NCBI GenBank assembly: GCA_020536535.1
Contig: JAHLWZ010000187.1
Coordinates: 1-64,000 of the forward strand
Length of the DNA stretch: 64,000 nucleotides
Direction of reading: 5' to 3'
Source: Pelomyxa schiedti
Taxonomy: Eukaryota; Protista; Evosea
Shown here piece after piece: positions 38,626 to 52,815 of this stretch. The notes beneath the pieces were generated by a model. That model was not told the origin of the DNA, did not search any database, and saw only the letters and a list, made by a program, of their open reading frames with translations. A program made the position numbers and the translations under genes. Position 1 is the first letter of the stretch, and each line of letters opens with the position of its first letter.

Positions 38626-41600
38626 ATGCGGGGCACATGCGTTACCGCTAAGTTGGCGTGCGCCACTGCCGTAATATTCGCAGTGATGGGAGTGGTGAGT
38701 TGTTATGCCAAAACGCCAACGGCGGCGGACGACCAAGTTGATGCCGTCGCGGCACTCATCCAACGCGTGCTGGCAACCTCTTCTGGTGCCCGTACTTTTT
38801 TTTTACTTTTCTGTACTTATGGGATCGTGGGATAGGCTTTGTGCCAGAGTTTGTTCTTGGAGTTGACGAGGGCAGCAGTGATTTTTATTTTTCGTTGTGG
38901 AGCAATCAGAATGGTACAATTGTTACCATAGAAGGAAACAGTGGAGTTGCATTGGCTAGTGGTTTCCACTGGTGGTTGAAATATTCTGCCTTGTGCTCTA
39001 TTTCATGGTAGCTAGCAAAATGACACTTGGATTTTGGAAAATAAGTTTGGTTTTATTTTGCTGACTTGGGTCCAAATTACAAGGCTTGGAGACCAGCTTG
39101 TACTTCCCTCAGAACCTTCTTATATTCCTTTTTACTCTGTAACGAGCCCTTACACTTTTGGCTACTATATGAATGTATGCACACTGGGATATAGTACTTC
39201 ATGGTGGGTATGCAACTTCAATACATTCAACACATAATTCCACTCCTTACAGAGTTGGACCAGATGGGAGCGTGAAATTGATTGGATGGCAATGAATGGT
39301 GTCAACTTTCCTCTTGCATTTGTGGGGCAAGAGAAGGTCTGGCAAGATGTTTACACCCAACTTGGAATTCCAGCTGAAGATATCAATGAGTTTTTTGGTG
39401 GTCCTGCATTTTTACCTTGGCAAAGAATGGGAAACGTAGATGGGTGGGCAGGTTTGACTTCCTCTGGTTTTTGAGGGTATATTCTCTGTTTACATGTGCT
39501 TTTGTAGGGCCACTTCCTCAATATTGGATAGATTCCCAGTATAACCTGCAACTACAAGTAACGTTTTAGTCTCTTACTCAGCTCCCAAATATTGAATGGT
39601 AAAACAGATTCTAGAGAGAATGCGGTCATTTGGAATGACAGTAGTATTACCTGGGTTTGCTGGGCATGTTCCTTCTGTTTTAACCAAGTACTATCCCGAC
39701 GCTTCAGTGACGGAACTTGGTTCATGGAACGCGTTCAACGGCACCTTCTTTTTAGATCCTTTGGACCCGCTATTTGTTCAAGTACTATTGACTTATTCAA
39801 GAAAAACATTGTTTCCCTTACTTCTTCCAAGATTGGGTCCTTGTTTGTTTCGACTATTTCCACTACATATGGAACTGACCATTTTTATAACTGTGACCCA
39901 TTCAACGAAATGGACCCTCCAAGCAATGACACAGATTATCTATCATCTGTTTCACAAACTGTATGCTCAACCAGACTACTCCCAGCCTTATACATAACAG
40001 ATTTATTCCTCCATGTCAGTTTCTGATCCTAAAGCTGTGTGGGTCTTGCAAGGTTGGTTTTTGGTGAATTCTCCCGACTTCTGGCTTCCAGCTCAAGCAG
40101 AAGCCTTCTTAACTGCCGGTACTTTGCTTTCTATTTCCCTTTCTTGTAACTGAGGTTATGTAGTGAATATTGAGGACCTTATTGTACTGGACTTGTATGG
40201 GGAAGTTAAGCCAGTATGGGAAGAGAATTTATTTTATGGAAGGCAATTTGTATGCTATGATCAACTCCTTTCGTCCTTAATGGTTTTGTAGATTTGGAAT
40301 ATGCTGCATAACTATGGAGGAAGGCCAGGTTTATATGGAACTCTGCCTAGAGTCGCAAATGGCCCAGTAAATGCTCTGAACAATGCCTCGGCATTTATTG
40401 TGGGAGTGGGATACACTCCAGAAGGAATAGAGACAAACCCTATAGGTAGTGAAGTGCCAAACCTCCCAGCTTAAACCAAACTAAATTCAACAACCAAACA
40501 ACTCAACACAATAACAACAAAAAAAAAGCCTACGATCTCACCAGTGAGATGATATGGAGAAATAAAGCCCCAGACTTAGATGACTGGGTTGGACAGTACT
40601 CAGTTAGGAGATATGGAGTTGATAATAAAAATGCGAGGACTGCATGGTCCCTTCTTCAAAACAGTGTATACAACTGCACTACATCACAGCATGGAGCCAC
40701 AGGCAGCTTAGTTGGTGCTCGACCTGATATCAATATCACTAAAGTCGGTCACTCCACTTCTTCAATTTATTGGGATCCAGCTGATGTGTGCAATGCTTGG
40801 GACTTACTACTGGGAGAATCTGATGTTCTTCAAAATGTTACCACGTACCAGTACGACTTGACTGATCTCACTGCCCAGGTTTTCTATCTCTCCAAGCTAC
40901 AACGTCGATTTTATGTATGCCTCAGGTATTGAGTGATGTTATGCTGGACTATCACTCAGATCTTATCAATGCATTCAATGCAGGTGACTCTACTTCCTTT
41001 GAGACGGCTGCCAGTCAAATCACAAAGTTAATCACAGGTCAAAACTTCAGTCTTTATTTCCCTAAACACTTACTTGCCACAAGATATGGATCAACTAGTT
41101 TCGGTGTGCAAGATAACCAACCTTTCATCGTTGGTGTCATTTCTTAATTGCTTGTAGACAAGGCCCATGTACCTGGTAGGAAAATGGATTTCCGATGCAA
41201 TGTCATGGGCAACAGATGATAGCACTTCCCTTTTATATCAATACAACGCCAGATTGCAAATCACCATGTGGGGACTGCCTGAGAGTGATTTGAATGACTA
41301 CGCGTATGTGTGAACTGAACTGTTATTACAATTAACAAACACTATTCAGATACAAACTATGGGGAGGGCTTGTTTCTGGCTACTTCCTGCCCCGCTGGGA
41401 GACCTTCATTGATTCCCTTCGCCTTTCCATTGGGAATTCAACTGCATGGGATCATGATGAGTATACCAACCAAGTTATTGCTGTGGAGCAGCAGTGGTCA
41501 CTTGAAACTGACTTTGAAAACTACCCATCAACCCCCAGTGGCGATACCGTACAAGTGGCAACAGAAATTTACAACAGCTACTACTCACAGTGCCCCTCTA

Positions 41601-41659
41601 AAGTATCACAACTACTGCACCAACAGTATCTCGAGTCAATCAAGATGAATAAGAAATAA
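38626..41659 (+). CDS. NAGLU: Alpha-N-acetylglucosaminidase (GH89), multi-exon
   Basis: [83 protein letters not shown]...LNDYA. Confidence 0.95.
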
Positions 41660-41735
41660 CTGGGTTGTAGGAAACATTTTGTTGTATTTCTTTTTTTTTT
41701 TTCCAATGTGGATGGTTGATATTGGTTCTACTTGG

Positions 41736-44700
41736 TCAGAGTTGAAGCAACAGACCACGGATATAGGCACAACTGGAATTGTCAAGGAGGGACTCTGGAA
41801 GCCCGTGTCCCTCGGCCCAGAAGTAGGTCCTAAGTTCAAGTAACACAGCGCCGATGAGCTTGTAGTATTGAGGGTGCTTGCAAAGCCAGGTCTTGTGGCT
41901 GGCGGGATGTTTCGATGCAACTTCATCGCGGCTGGACACTAGGTGCCTCATTTCCTTGTTGGGCAGTGTGAGTATTAAGGAGATATCTTCGGAAGAAAAC
42001 CAGAGTGAGGGAATCCCACAAAATGTGCAGAACCTGGGTAAAGATATGGGGTTCCAGTGCGTCTGATAAAACGGTAAGCTGTTCATCCAGGAAGCTCAGA
42101 GCATCGTCAAGTGTTCTCGGCTTCTTTGGCTTTTGATGGATGACTTTCTCGATTTCTTTGTACTCTTCGCGGCAAATCTATGTCTAGTCAGTGCTTTCCT
42201 CGTTAAAAGCGGCCAACCCAAAGAGCATAGAAAGTAATGAGGACAAGTCGGGTATGAGTTAGCGACTTATATACAGCCTCGAAGATCTCCATTCCGCGTT
42301 CACCAAAATCGCATGCCAGTATGTGGAGCTGCTTCGCACATCCGTCGAGATTGTTCAGCTTAACACAGGACTACAAATATGGGTAAGTACCATGAAATTC
42401 AGTTATAAGGTCGGCAAACCTGTCGTGTTAAGAGAATTCGGGATTCCTGAGGAGGCTTTTTCCCAACAATCTTCATCATTGCTCCCTGAAGTACCTCCGT
42501 CCGAATTTTGATCTTATGATGCTTTTTGCCTTGAAGCGGCTTGGCGGTGCTTGTTGGGTTTCCATGTGAAGTCATTTGCACTGAATCGAATTACCAATGC
42601 AAGTGACAAAGGAAAAGGGGAAATACACTCTTTTGAAGCGGCACACATTATTCTAGCAAAGTTCTTTTTTGGTAGACCCTCTCCAAAGGAATCAAATAAA
42701 CAGGCAGAGTACTTCCCTATGACAAACGCGACGGCCTGAATACAGTTAGTCATGTGCTCCATGACCCTCTCAATTACCTTTGCTACTTGCTCAAACATTG
42801 AGGTGGGCCCAGCAAAAAGAACATCATTATCACACTTGAACACTTCCAAAACTTGTCCACATAGCTCAAAAATATCCACAAGGGAGTGAGACACCTTTGA
42901 TTCAGGCGAGATTTCCCACTATTACAGTTTAAACGGCAGTATTACAGTGTTAAAGTACCTTTTCACTGGCAACGACACGGGAGAACCATGTATCCATTGA
43001 TTGGCATGTGGTGGAAACCCACTTTCCAAAGAAGGGAGTGAACAATGCAATAATTGTCTCACGCACAGGTGGCAGTGTAGAATTGCAAATACTCTTGCAA
43101 ATTCTGACATTGTCTGCCTCAGATTTACTAGTGGACGTTTTCCCACTATCCCCTATGCTACTTGTGACTGTCTCTTCAATGACATCATTGATGTTTGAGT
43201 TGACACTTGTGACTTGGAGTTGTTCTGTCATGTGGATAATTTTGGTACACAGAAGTAAGAGAGATCTGAGCGTTCAATGAGTAATTCTTTTTCTGAGGGA
43301 GGTATTGATACTTGAAGGAACCCTGGTCAGTTACAACGGCAAGTTTATCTTGAACTTCTTCCCAGAGGCAACGAAACAGTGAGCTCCCAACAACCTTCAC
43401 GACATCGAGATTAAATCTAGAAGTGGATGAGAAGGGTTAAATTCAGTTATCTTCAACTGCTTGAATGAGTCTGCGACATTTTGAGCTCTTCCAAACTCAC
43501 AAACGAGGAGGTCACAGAGGGCAGAGAACTGGTCACATGGTGTAGCACTAGGAGCCAGCTTGGATGTGTGCACAACATTCGGAGGGTTTCGGGAAATGGA
43601 GGTAGGAAGAACTCCCTCACAAGTGGTGGTATTAGGATGGCAAGCGGCAATAGAGATAGAAGCCTCCGACGCAACCTGCGAGGTTCGAACTGAAGCTGAC
43701 GGAGAGGTGACATCACTCTTTTCTGGAGCAGGAAAACAAAGGTCTCGTAACTTGAAAAACTGGTTGGAAGTGAATTCCTACAAGAGTAAGCCACAAAAGC
43801 CACGAATTTCTTGTGTGACATACAACAATGTAAGCAGCAACCAATTTGCGGACTTCATACGGTGTAGGTCGGCCAAGATCACATGGAAAGAGTGCAGATT
43901 CCAGTTCAAACATTATGGAGAAAGTCTATTCAGAGACTTAATTATAGAGAAGACATTATTTGTTATCACCTGTAATGCGGCTTTTACTGAGCAATCCATA
44001 GTGTGTTGGTAGAAGAGGGAATAGTTCACAAAGGCTTTTAGCTGGATGTGTAGTACCTGCGACACCTCGAACAACAATTCCATCTAATTGTGAACATGAT
44101 TCAGTGGTTCATTTTCTTTCATGAGAACCTCACAGTATGCAATACAATTAGTATCTTTTATCAGCTCCAATACTCTCGCCATCTGATTGTGAAGCTGGGA
44201 AAGGAAACCCTGGGAATAATTAAACATCTTCCCTAGTGCTAAGAGATCCCTACAAGGTATTATAAAATAATTTTCACCGTCATGTAAGACGCACATTAGT
44301 TCTCGATAGAATACTCTCACTCCAAAGCGTTCCCCAAATTCAAATAGGATCCAGTTACCAAATGGGTGTACCTCATAACCTGGAAGATAGTTTAAAAAAA
44401 GAAAAGGAAAGAAGGGAGACTACTTTGATCCATTCTCATACGTGAAAGAATCTGAGTGTACGCATGGTGATAATTAGGAACAGAACCTCGGGGGAATTTG
44501 GGAATTTTGGGGCTGCTCTTGGTTGGAAATTGTTTGGTAAGGGATTTGATTTGGAATTCAATAGAACTTTGCTCCCGCGCCATCCAGTCACTATATTGAT
44601 CTGAATTCTTGTGGAGATGTTACACAGATTCGGAAGTATTTACTTTACCATAAAGCAGTGAGGAGTGTAGACAGGATGAAACGGCAATTCACAAATTTGG

Positions 44701-46056
44701 TTACATAGGTCATCCAGAATTCCTTCAGGGGTAGCACTTAGGGGCAGCTTCCGTACGAACTCACCATTTCCTTTTTCCCCAGTAGCCACAACTTGATCAT
44801 CTCGTGCCTGGTGCCTGTGCTTGCTGTGGTGATGATGTGTGCTATGTGCATGACCGTCAGTCGATTGGTGTGGAGAATGCCGGGCAAGGGGAGTTCCATT
44901 GGATGGGGGGTCATCTTGGGACTGTGGTTGTTGGCAGGTTCTGCTCGAGTCAATTGGTGATGGCAAGTTTATCCCATCAAGAGGAAATTTCAAGCAGGTG
45001 CGTACATATGTAACTAACTCATTGATGGGTGCTGGAAGCTGGTGGTGCACTGGGAAAACTAAACATCCAAGTACGAGCTCCCCAATCTTTATATCCATAA
45101 GCATCAAATCACTAGAAATGCACATACATTTTCTTGGGATAGTTCAGGGTCTTTCGCGTACAAAGACCGTTGAGGCTGTTTACAAAAGGGAGATGAGAAT
45201 CCACCAATGTTATACTGAGAAACAGACACTCAACCAACCTCGAAGTTCTTCGAATGGCTGCTGCGCGACCGTGACGTGCGTCGTCCAGAGTCGACCGTGC
45301 CGATCGTACAATCGCTAGAAACAGCCGCCGGGGCTGGGGTCGTGACAGTGGCATTGACATTGACAGAGGAGGGGGCTTTGGGCGAAGGAGACGGAGCTGC
45401 TGAGGAGGCAGGCGACGGCGTGCCAGTGGTAGGTATGGGAGGCAGAGGGCGCGAGGGCGGCGTGTGTCTCTTGGCCTCGTGGTGCTGGTGGTGGTTGTGA
45501 CTGTGGTCGTGATTGCGTCGAACTGCGTTGGGTTCGTGCTGCGGAGGGATCTTCACAGTGGTGGCTGCCGGTGTTGTTGTGAGCAGCGGGGGTGCAGTCT
45601 GTGACAGGTTCTGAACAATATGTCCTAGTTTGGAGATCACCTGGGAGAGTCCATGTGCCCCCACGGAGTGTTTGTCATCTGTTTTTTTTTGGTTGGATTT
45701 TTTGAGAAAGCAATCAGAACATGCCTTTGGCCAGGTTTCTCAACAGTTCCTGTGTAGACACCAACAATTTCATTGCCCTCGAGTGCTCGGGGAAATACGA
45801 AAAGATCCAGGCCCAGTAGATCATTCTGCTCGCAGGTTGTGGTCAAATTAGAAGAAGCTCAACGAGCGGGGTGGAAAACTACGACAGGCAAACACCAAAC
45901 CAATCTGTTGCATTTCTCGCCCACGCCGACGCTTGGGTTATAACACAGAATACAATTCTCGCGGTTACGTTACCTGCGTGCTTCCTGCGTATCGCAAACC
46001 CGCATCACGTCAAGATCCAACACGCACTCGAATGCCGACTTTACCGCGGCATCCAT
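41736..46056 (-). CDS. Large multi-exon hypothetical helical protein (possible Munc13-homology/DUF810-like)
   Basis: Consecutive minus-strand exons with GT-AG introns. WILFEFGERFGVRVFYREL is reminiscent of DUF810-type proteins; function not established. Confidence 0.45.
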
Positions 46057-46182
46057 TTCCTCCTTATTTTTTTCGTTTGTGGTTGTTACGATTTGAAAAT
46101 TTTTAAAAATGCCAATTGACCGGGGTTGTTGATAACCAAGGAACTTTTTTTTTCTTGGTTTCTGCCGATAAGCCGGACACGT

Positions 46183-48961
46183 TTACAAACATGCTACTAG
46201 AATACATAGAAGAGAAAGTCCAAGAACAGCATTCAGGTGCGGTGAGTTTGATGCTGAATGTTCCTTCTTTGGGCAGGATATGGCACCTATATCTCTTCCT
46301 CCTTCACCAGACCCACAGAGAGGAGATTCCAAAGTGGGTGTGACATCAATTACCTTGTTGTGCAATGTTAGGACATTGTACTTGCAGAAGTTTGGATTAC
46401 CGGGTTGGTTTGACTTTTCCAGTTTAGAAGCAAGAATGAGTGGAATAACCGGGAGGAGAGAGCCGGTGTGACAACTACAATGGTCCTATTGTCCCCTTCC
46501 ATCTCATACTCGAGCTGTGTAACAGTTCTCATTACCCCATCAATGCCTACTTCAACGTTATCTCCGACTGCGAAGCAATCTTCATTGTCATCAAGTACAA
46601 ATTTCTAAGTTAGTGGTTATATGTTGGTTTCTTGATTAAGGTGCCCAACATTCACTGTGCAAGCCATCACATCGCCCACTTGAGTCATACAATAAGGAAA
46701 ATTCGTAAATAGTGGATCAGCTAGTATACTGTGTTGGTCCAAACCAGAAACGTTTTGGTACTCCTCAAATGGGTGGCAGTACTGGCACCCAACCCTGTGG
46801 GAGGGTGAGTGAGAAGTCTTGCTCACAAATTCATACCCGTAATTTGTAAATCCAGTTGCTTCGTAGTAAAGGGCACCCCTTTCACAGGTGGGAGGGTTCC
46901 AGAAAAGATTGAAGTCGCTATCCATACCATATGAGAGGACGGTTAGTGCTGCTGAGGTTCCTGAAGAAAAGTTTAGAAATGGAAGTTGTAAAGTAGTAGC
47001 ACCTGCAGGATAAAACGCATTGTTCCTTACTGTATACCCTCTGGTTCCATATGTATTTATTGCGGAGTAACCAGTTAATCCAAAAGTGTTCCCAATAACT
47101 GTGTTATTTGAGCAAGTTCCATGACCAAATATCTAGATAAATGTTAGAGGGCTTTTCACTCAGAGTAAAACAACCAGACACTGTGCGCATGACCCAACAA
47201 TTGTATTGTTGATCCACGAGCTATCAGTGACCATTTCGAGCATAAAGCATTGCCCTCCATAAAGTATGGTGTTGCGAACAAAGGTAATATTCTTCTTCCA
47301 AGCTTTGTGATGTCAAACTAGTTGTTTCTATAGTGACTGATACTGCAACAAAACTGGACATTGTCTGGATGATTGACATTTGCATGGTTTCTGATAGTAT
47401 TTTCTTCACAGTACGCACCATCACCTGGGAGAAGACCATCTATCTTTTGGATAATTAGGCATCGAAGATAAGTGTACAGTTCAAACCCAATTATTATAGA
47501 TGGTATTTCTAGAGTAAATGGAGTACATTCCACCAGTGAGGCCGTCAGTATTGTCATGTACGGTATTTCCCACCAACTTGCTGTATTGTGTACTCCTGAG
47601 CTCTATCTGTTAAGGAGTATGTCAAAGGGGGTGAAAAGGGGGAAAAAGTGGTACCCCATTTCCTTCACAGTGATGTACATGGTTATTTGAGATGACCAGG
47701 CCAGTTGGTGTGCCTGACCACCCGCCAATACCATGTCCTGCTCCGTGGACTACTTCAAACCCAGATATCTCAGTATTTGATATACTGCCATATTCAATAA
47801 CAAATCGGCTTCTTCTAGCTCCTTCCACTGGATAGGAAGTGACATCTGAAAGAATAAAGAAATGAGTAGGACACTGTACACTAACCATAAAGTGGAATAA
47901 GGAAAACTCGGTAGGTGGCAGAGTTGAGTTGTACTACAACCCACTCTCCAGGGGAGGTGAGAAGACCAACGTGATTAGAGAGGAAATAGGTATCCCCTGC
48001 AAAAAAAGATAGGATTGAGCTATATGGGAGTGTATTGTGTATTTGCCTGGCTGAATAACCCAGTTACTGTACAATGGGGAATCAATAGTAACAGTACTCG
48101 TCGCGATAGTAAATGAAACAATTGTCTTTGTGAAAGCAACTCCTCCAGTGAGATAGTCTATAGTTACACTGGCATTTACCCACAAGGTATCTGTCTGTGT
48201 AATGCCTGGTGAAGACCATAAGACATATCAAAGAAACCGCAAACTGACCATCAATTCCATTAGGAATCAAGTGAACACTGTCTGTGAATGAGATATTTGT
48301 TCCCGTCTGCACTTCCCACTTATCCTCTTCAGGTTCTCTTGCCCTGATCCAAATGTGCATATAAGAAAGGAGGAAAATAGGGGAAGAACGATAACGAATA
48401 ACTGGTACAAAGCAAAGTGGTGTGGAGAATATTCCCAGAAGCTCTGAAATTTACATACAAAGTCAACTTAGTGTCACCTTGGTACAACGCAGCCGGCTTC
48501 CACGTCAAGTCCACCCATAATGCAGACCCCGCCCCCCGCGAATTTACGCCGGTGCACTCCCCGGCCACTGCCCTCGCCGAGGCCGTGCACGGCGACCACC
48601 CCGACACGACGTCGGAGCCGCTGACGACGACGGCGCCCGCGGGCTCGTCGGGGGACGCCGACAGCGACGCGATGGACTTGGACAGGTACACGGCCTCGCG
48701 GTAGGTGCCGCCGTGCACGACGACGGCGTAGCCCGCGGAATCGACCGAGGGCGACGACGCCGCCGAGACCGCGGCCCCGATCGTGCACGTTGGGCGCGAC
48801 GGCGACGTCGCGTTGGCGCCGAACGCGTCCGAGCACGCAGGGGACTGCTGCCAAACGTGCAGCGTTGTCGTCGTCGACGCCACTGCGGATCCCCACCCCA
48901 GGCCTCCTCCTGTCACCAACAAAACTGCCGCGGCGCAAAGACACACGACCCACCGCCTCAT
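46183..48961 (-). CDS. Secreted/surface right-handed parallel beta-helix protein with hydrophobic C-terminal tail (GPI-like)
   Basis: Signal peptide MRRWVVCLCAAAVLLV; PTCTIGAAV...VVVHGGTYRE; PbH1-like ISNNHVHHCEGNG, EENTIRNH; SDFNLF, SILADPLF; C-terminal AVLGLSLLCILVACL*. Confidence 0.8.
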
Positions 48962-49026
48962 CAAATCCCAAACGGCAGTTTTTTCACTTGTGTTTTCTGA
49001 AGCTTTGATTTTGTGTTTGCGTTTGA

Positions 49027-50025
49027 TCAAAGGGAAGGACGGGTGACAAAGGCAACTCTCAGGCGCTTGGGTTTGGGGGTAGTTGGTTGGTCTGGAGACG
49101 GGGCTGTTGTCTTTGTGAACCACCGTTTGAGGGGCAGTGGCACTTCCTCTCCCTCATACGACTGGTCATTGTGTACGACGTCTTTCTTCTGCTTTTGCTC
49201 ATCCTCGTGTCCTTGTCCCTGTCCCTCTTCCTCTTGTTCCTCAAGTTGTTCATCGTGGGATCCACCACCAGTGAGCTCTTCTTTCTCTTGAGGCTCCTCC
49301 TGCTGTTGAACGTCTTCCTCTTCTTCTTTCACTTCCTCAACCTCTTTCTCTTCTTCCTCACTCTCACTCTCACTCTCATCAGCATCATTCGCTTTTTCTC
49401 CTTGGTCCTCACAGGCCTCGTAGTCATCTTGCTTGTTTTTCTTTATGGTGGCGTCAGGTGCAGGAGCATTGATCTCAGCACTAGTTGATGTCGTTGTGGT
49501 CTCCACTGTAGTTGTGGCATTCGCGACAGACTGAGGATGCTTATTGAGTGCATGTTGGAATTCCGGTTGTGAAATTGCTTCTAGTACTGCCTCATGCGAT
49601 ATACCCCATATTGTGTCATCACTGGGCTGTTTTATATTTGTGAGTTTATATGTAGCGAACACAAACACATACAGAGCCCGCTCTATAACGATCCAGCATG
49701 AAGTCTTGCACAATAGCACCAATTACAATGTACTGGTCTGCAGTATACTTGGCATCATCAGGCGAATCAGCGCCGACCACACTTCCGCCTCTTACTAGAT
49801 GAGCAATTCCCTCTTTCACCTTTTATGATAAAGAATTGTCAAAATACAGTTCACACAGTGGACTAACAGTTAGATTGAGAGAGGGGGAACTACTCTGGCA
49901 AGATCTCTCTTTGTGATAGGTGTATCGACGGAATCTGCCCAAGTACTAACAATTGTCTCCTTGTCCACTTGAAAATTGCCAGGTAGCAAAACAACCATCG
50001 TTCCTGACGGGCCCTTCGAATCCAT
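49027..50025 (-). CDS. Hypothetical protein with an acidic (E/Q-rich) tract and basic NLS-like C-terminus (KPKRLR)
   Basis: Spliced ORFs 49870-50025 and 49027-49722; no family recognised. Confidence 0.55.
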
Positions 50026-50155
50026 AACTAATGACAGGGCGTGTGGCCTTTTTTTCCTTTTCTGCCAACAAAAAACACCAAGGCAAGATCCAACTCCTTT
50101 TTGACACCGCAACCGGGGTTTTAATCAGGGAGTAATCATCAAAAAAAGAAAACAA

Positions 50156-51849
50156 TTAAAATGCCTCGGAGTATCTTTTTAAAAACAGGCACACTCCATC
50201 TGTTGCCTGGGCACAATCGTCCCCACAATCAAAAGTTCCCTCAAAGTTATAGACATTGATCATGGTGCAAATATAGGCCTCACAGCCCCACCAGGTGCTC
50301 TCAAAGTGCTGGGCCCAGTCCCAGGCCGTATCCCCAGGCCACAGCCACTCCGATGCGGCCCAGTGCGTGCTCTCGTGCCGGGAGAGCGCATAAGTGGCTT
50401 CTGTGAATTCCCCCGCGTCGATCATTGTGGGATAGAATGACCACCCTGGCGTGCTTGTTGATGGTGATGTGAATGCAGAATCAAAGGGTATGTGTTCATC
50501 TGGGGGTTTTGTTTTTATGTTATTTTAGTGAGGGATATGGCAGAGTGTGTTCTTAGTTGTTAGTTAGGGGGAAATTAGTTCAGTGAGAAGGTGTGGATTC
50601 GTGGAACTTACCAAAGGGTGGATAGGTACCGCCGGCATGAGTCAAAATAAAAGGGGAAAGGGATGGTGCAACTGAGGTAATTGATGATGAAAGAAGGGAC
50701 AAGTAATTCGTTGTCACCAGCGAAAGGTCATCTTTGGTTATTTCACCGGAATTCTTGAGGCCCATTGTTGTAACTGCAGCAAAACTGAGTGACCATCAAT
50801 TGCTAAAGGAGGTGAAATATATTACCCAAGTTGCTCCAAACCACCTGAGAGGCCTTGGTTCATATCCAACCCATAAGTTGGATCATGAGAGCAATCGTCC
50901 TACAGGTATGGAAATTGGGGTGGTTGCAGGAAGAGAATATGTACAGGCCACTGTTCATAGTAGGAGTTACCATTTGGGTAGTAATAACCATTGTAGCCAG
51001 TGGAAGTTTCCCACCCAACTTTGATTCCAATAAAAAGCCACCTTCGTATTCGTGAATAGCTCGCTTGTGAAATCTGATTGTTTGAACCTATCCTCCTCTT
51101 GAAGTGTGTTATACCACTGATCAATAATCTCTGCTATTCCAGAAACTTTTTGAGAATTCTCCTCGACAAATAGAGGTGCGGCGAGATTCGGTGGAGGAGC
51201 TACACGAATTTGTGATCCCCAGTTTCGCCAGGCAATTTTTATCTGTGAGTTTTTTGATTTATTGATACGTTAGTCAATTGAATCGGCCAAGCTTACAGCA
51301 TAAGTGCTGTCCCAAGATGTCCATTCCACGTTCTGAGAATTGGTTGTGTTGTAACCTGACATATCTGGGTCAAACCTGCCAGAGAAAATACTTCTGTTTA
51401 GGTGTTGAGTTCTAAAGCGTGATAGCACACCAGTTCCACAAATCAGGTCTCGATTCCCACCAATTCTGGCCATCAAGAGTAATCAACAAAGGCACCCTGG
51501 AAGAACTACTCGCACTCAGTGCTGCACTTACAGAAGACATCAGCGTTTCCAGTGAATTCTCCATCACAGAAAAAATCAGGGACACCCCCAAGTGCACAGA
51601 CTCATTCCCATAATTCTGACACCCCATAGTGTCCACAACCTACATACAAGCATAAGTTCCATCCCAAATACAAAAAACAAACAAAAAAAAAAAGTGTGCC
51701 TTTTGCAACAACGAAGGGGTGATTGAACCGGCATCTCCCTGGTTCCACGACACCCCAGGAGCGAGGTTCATCACTACGTACTGATGACCCTCTGACAACA
51801 ACAAACACGTGCCCACAAACACCCACCCAACCACCGAAAACCTCTTCAT
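50156..51849 (-). CDS. Secreted hypothetical protein resembling an uncharacterised bacterial glycoside-hydrolase-like family
   Basis: Signal peptide; LDGQNWWESRPDLWNWFDP...NVEWTSW, IAWRNWGSQIRVAPPPNL, IKVGWET, PGWSFY, WAASEW. Confidence 0.65.
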
Positions 51850-52815
51850 TCACGAGGCGAAAAATCTCTACACAAAAAGCAATCACAAGACAAAAAAAAA
51901 AACCGCCGTAGTACTGTCCACGTAAACTTGGCTACTGGCACACAGTCCACGTCCTTTTCTATTATTGTGGTACTTTGGTCATACTTGTGCGCGTTGGGTG
52001 CGTCGGTGGTTACGGCAGCCACGTTTTTTTGAGGGGGCAAGGCAAGCAAGCAGGTTTGTGGCATCTGTGGGCGCAGGAACAGGGGGCACAGAAAGCCCGG
52101 CCTGTCACCACAGTAGAGCCAAGTTGGGAATGCAAAGGATCAAAGGGAAAGGGGGTTCGTACAGAAAAGGAATCCCACCCTTTGAAACCTTGTTGAAGAG
52201 AGCAGCAGTGCAGCGAGGCGAGCACACACAGTGAGTGACACACAGCTAGCAAGCTGAAGCATTTTGGCTGCTTTTTTGGATTTTAACATTTCATTTCGAT
52301 TGCCTCTTTCTATTGTATAGCTTCTGGTTTCTTCCTTTTTTTTTTCTCTGGAATGAACTTGGCTATTTCTTGCTTGCTTCTTCTATTGGAGATGAATGAT
52401 AATATTAACGAACTTGGCGGGAATTTATTGGGGGCTATCTCGATTGCTGTTTGATTGTGGCATTTTCTCTTTTCCGTTTCCGGTTTCTATTTCATTATAT
52501 TTTCCTGATGTTTTCTAATCCCTCCTAGAATCCCCTCTGTTTCAGCCCCTTTATTCATGGGTGTACTTGTGTTACTCTGGATTCCTTCTTTATGTACTGT
52601 TTCTCTCTGAAAGATCTCTGCATCCATGGAATGACCGCTGGCCATGCCGTGGATCTCACACGTACCGAATAGTGTAGTAATAATGAAAAAAGGGATGCCC
52701 TTGATTTGTAATTTGCCTCCTTGGCAGTTGTATTTTTTTTTAATTTTAAACAAGACCGAAGAATGGCAAGGGGTGGAGTATGGGTAGGTATAAACAGCAG
52801 GAGTATATTGTGGGA

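Noticed and set aside
51900-52815. Short ORFs between the secreted protein and the B-box gene
   Set aside because: No recognisable motifs or consistent exon chain; probably UTR or intergenic sequence.
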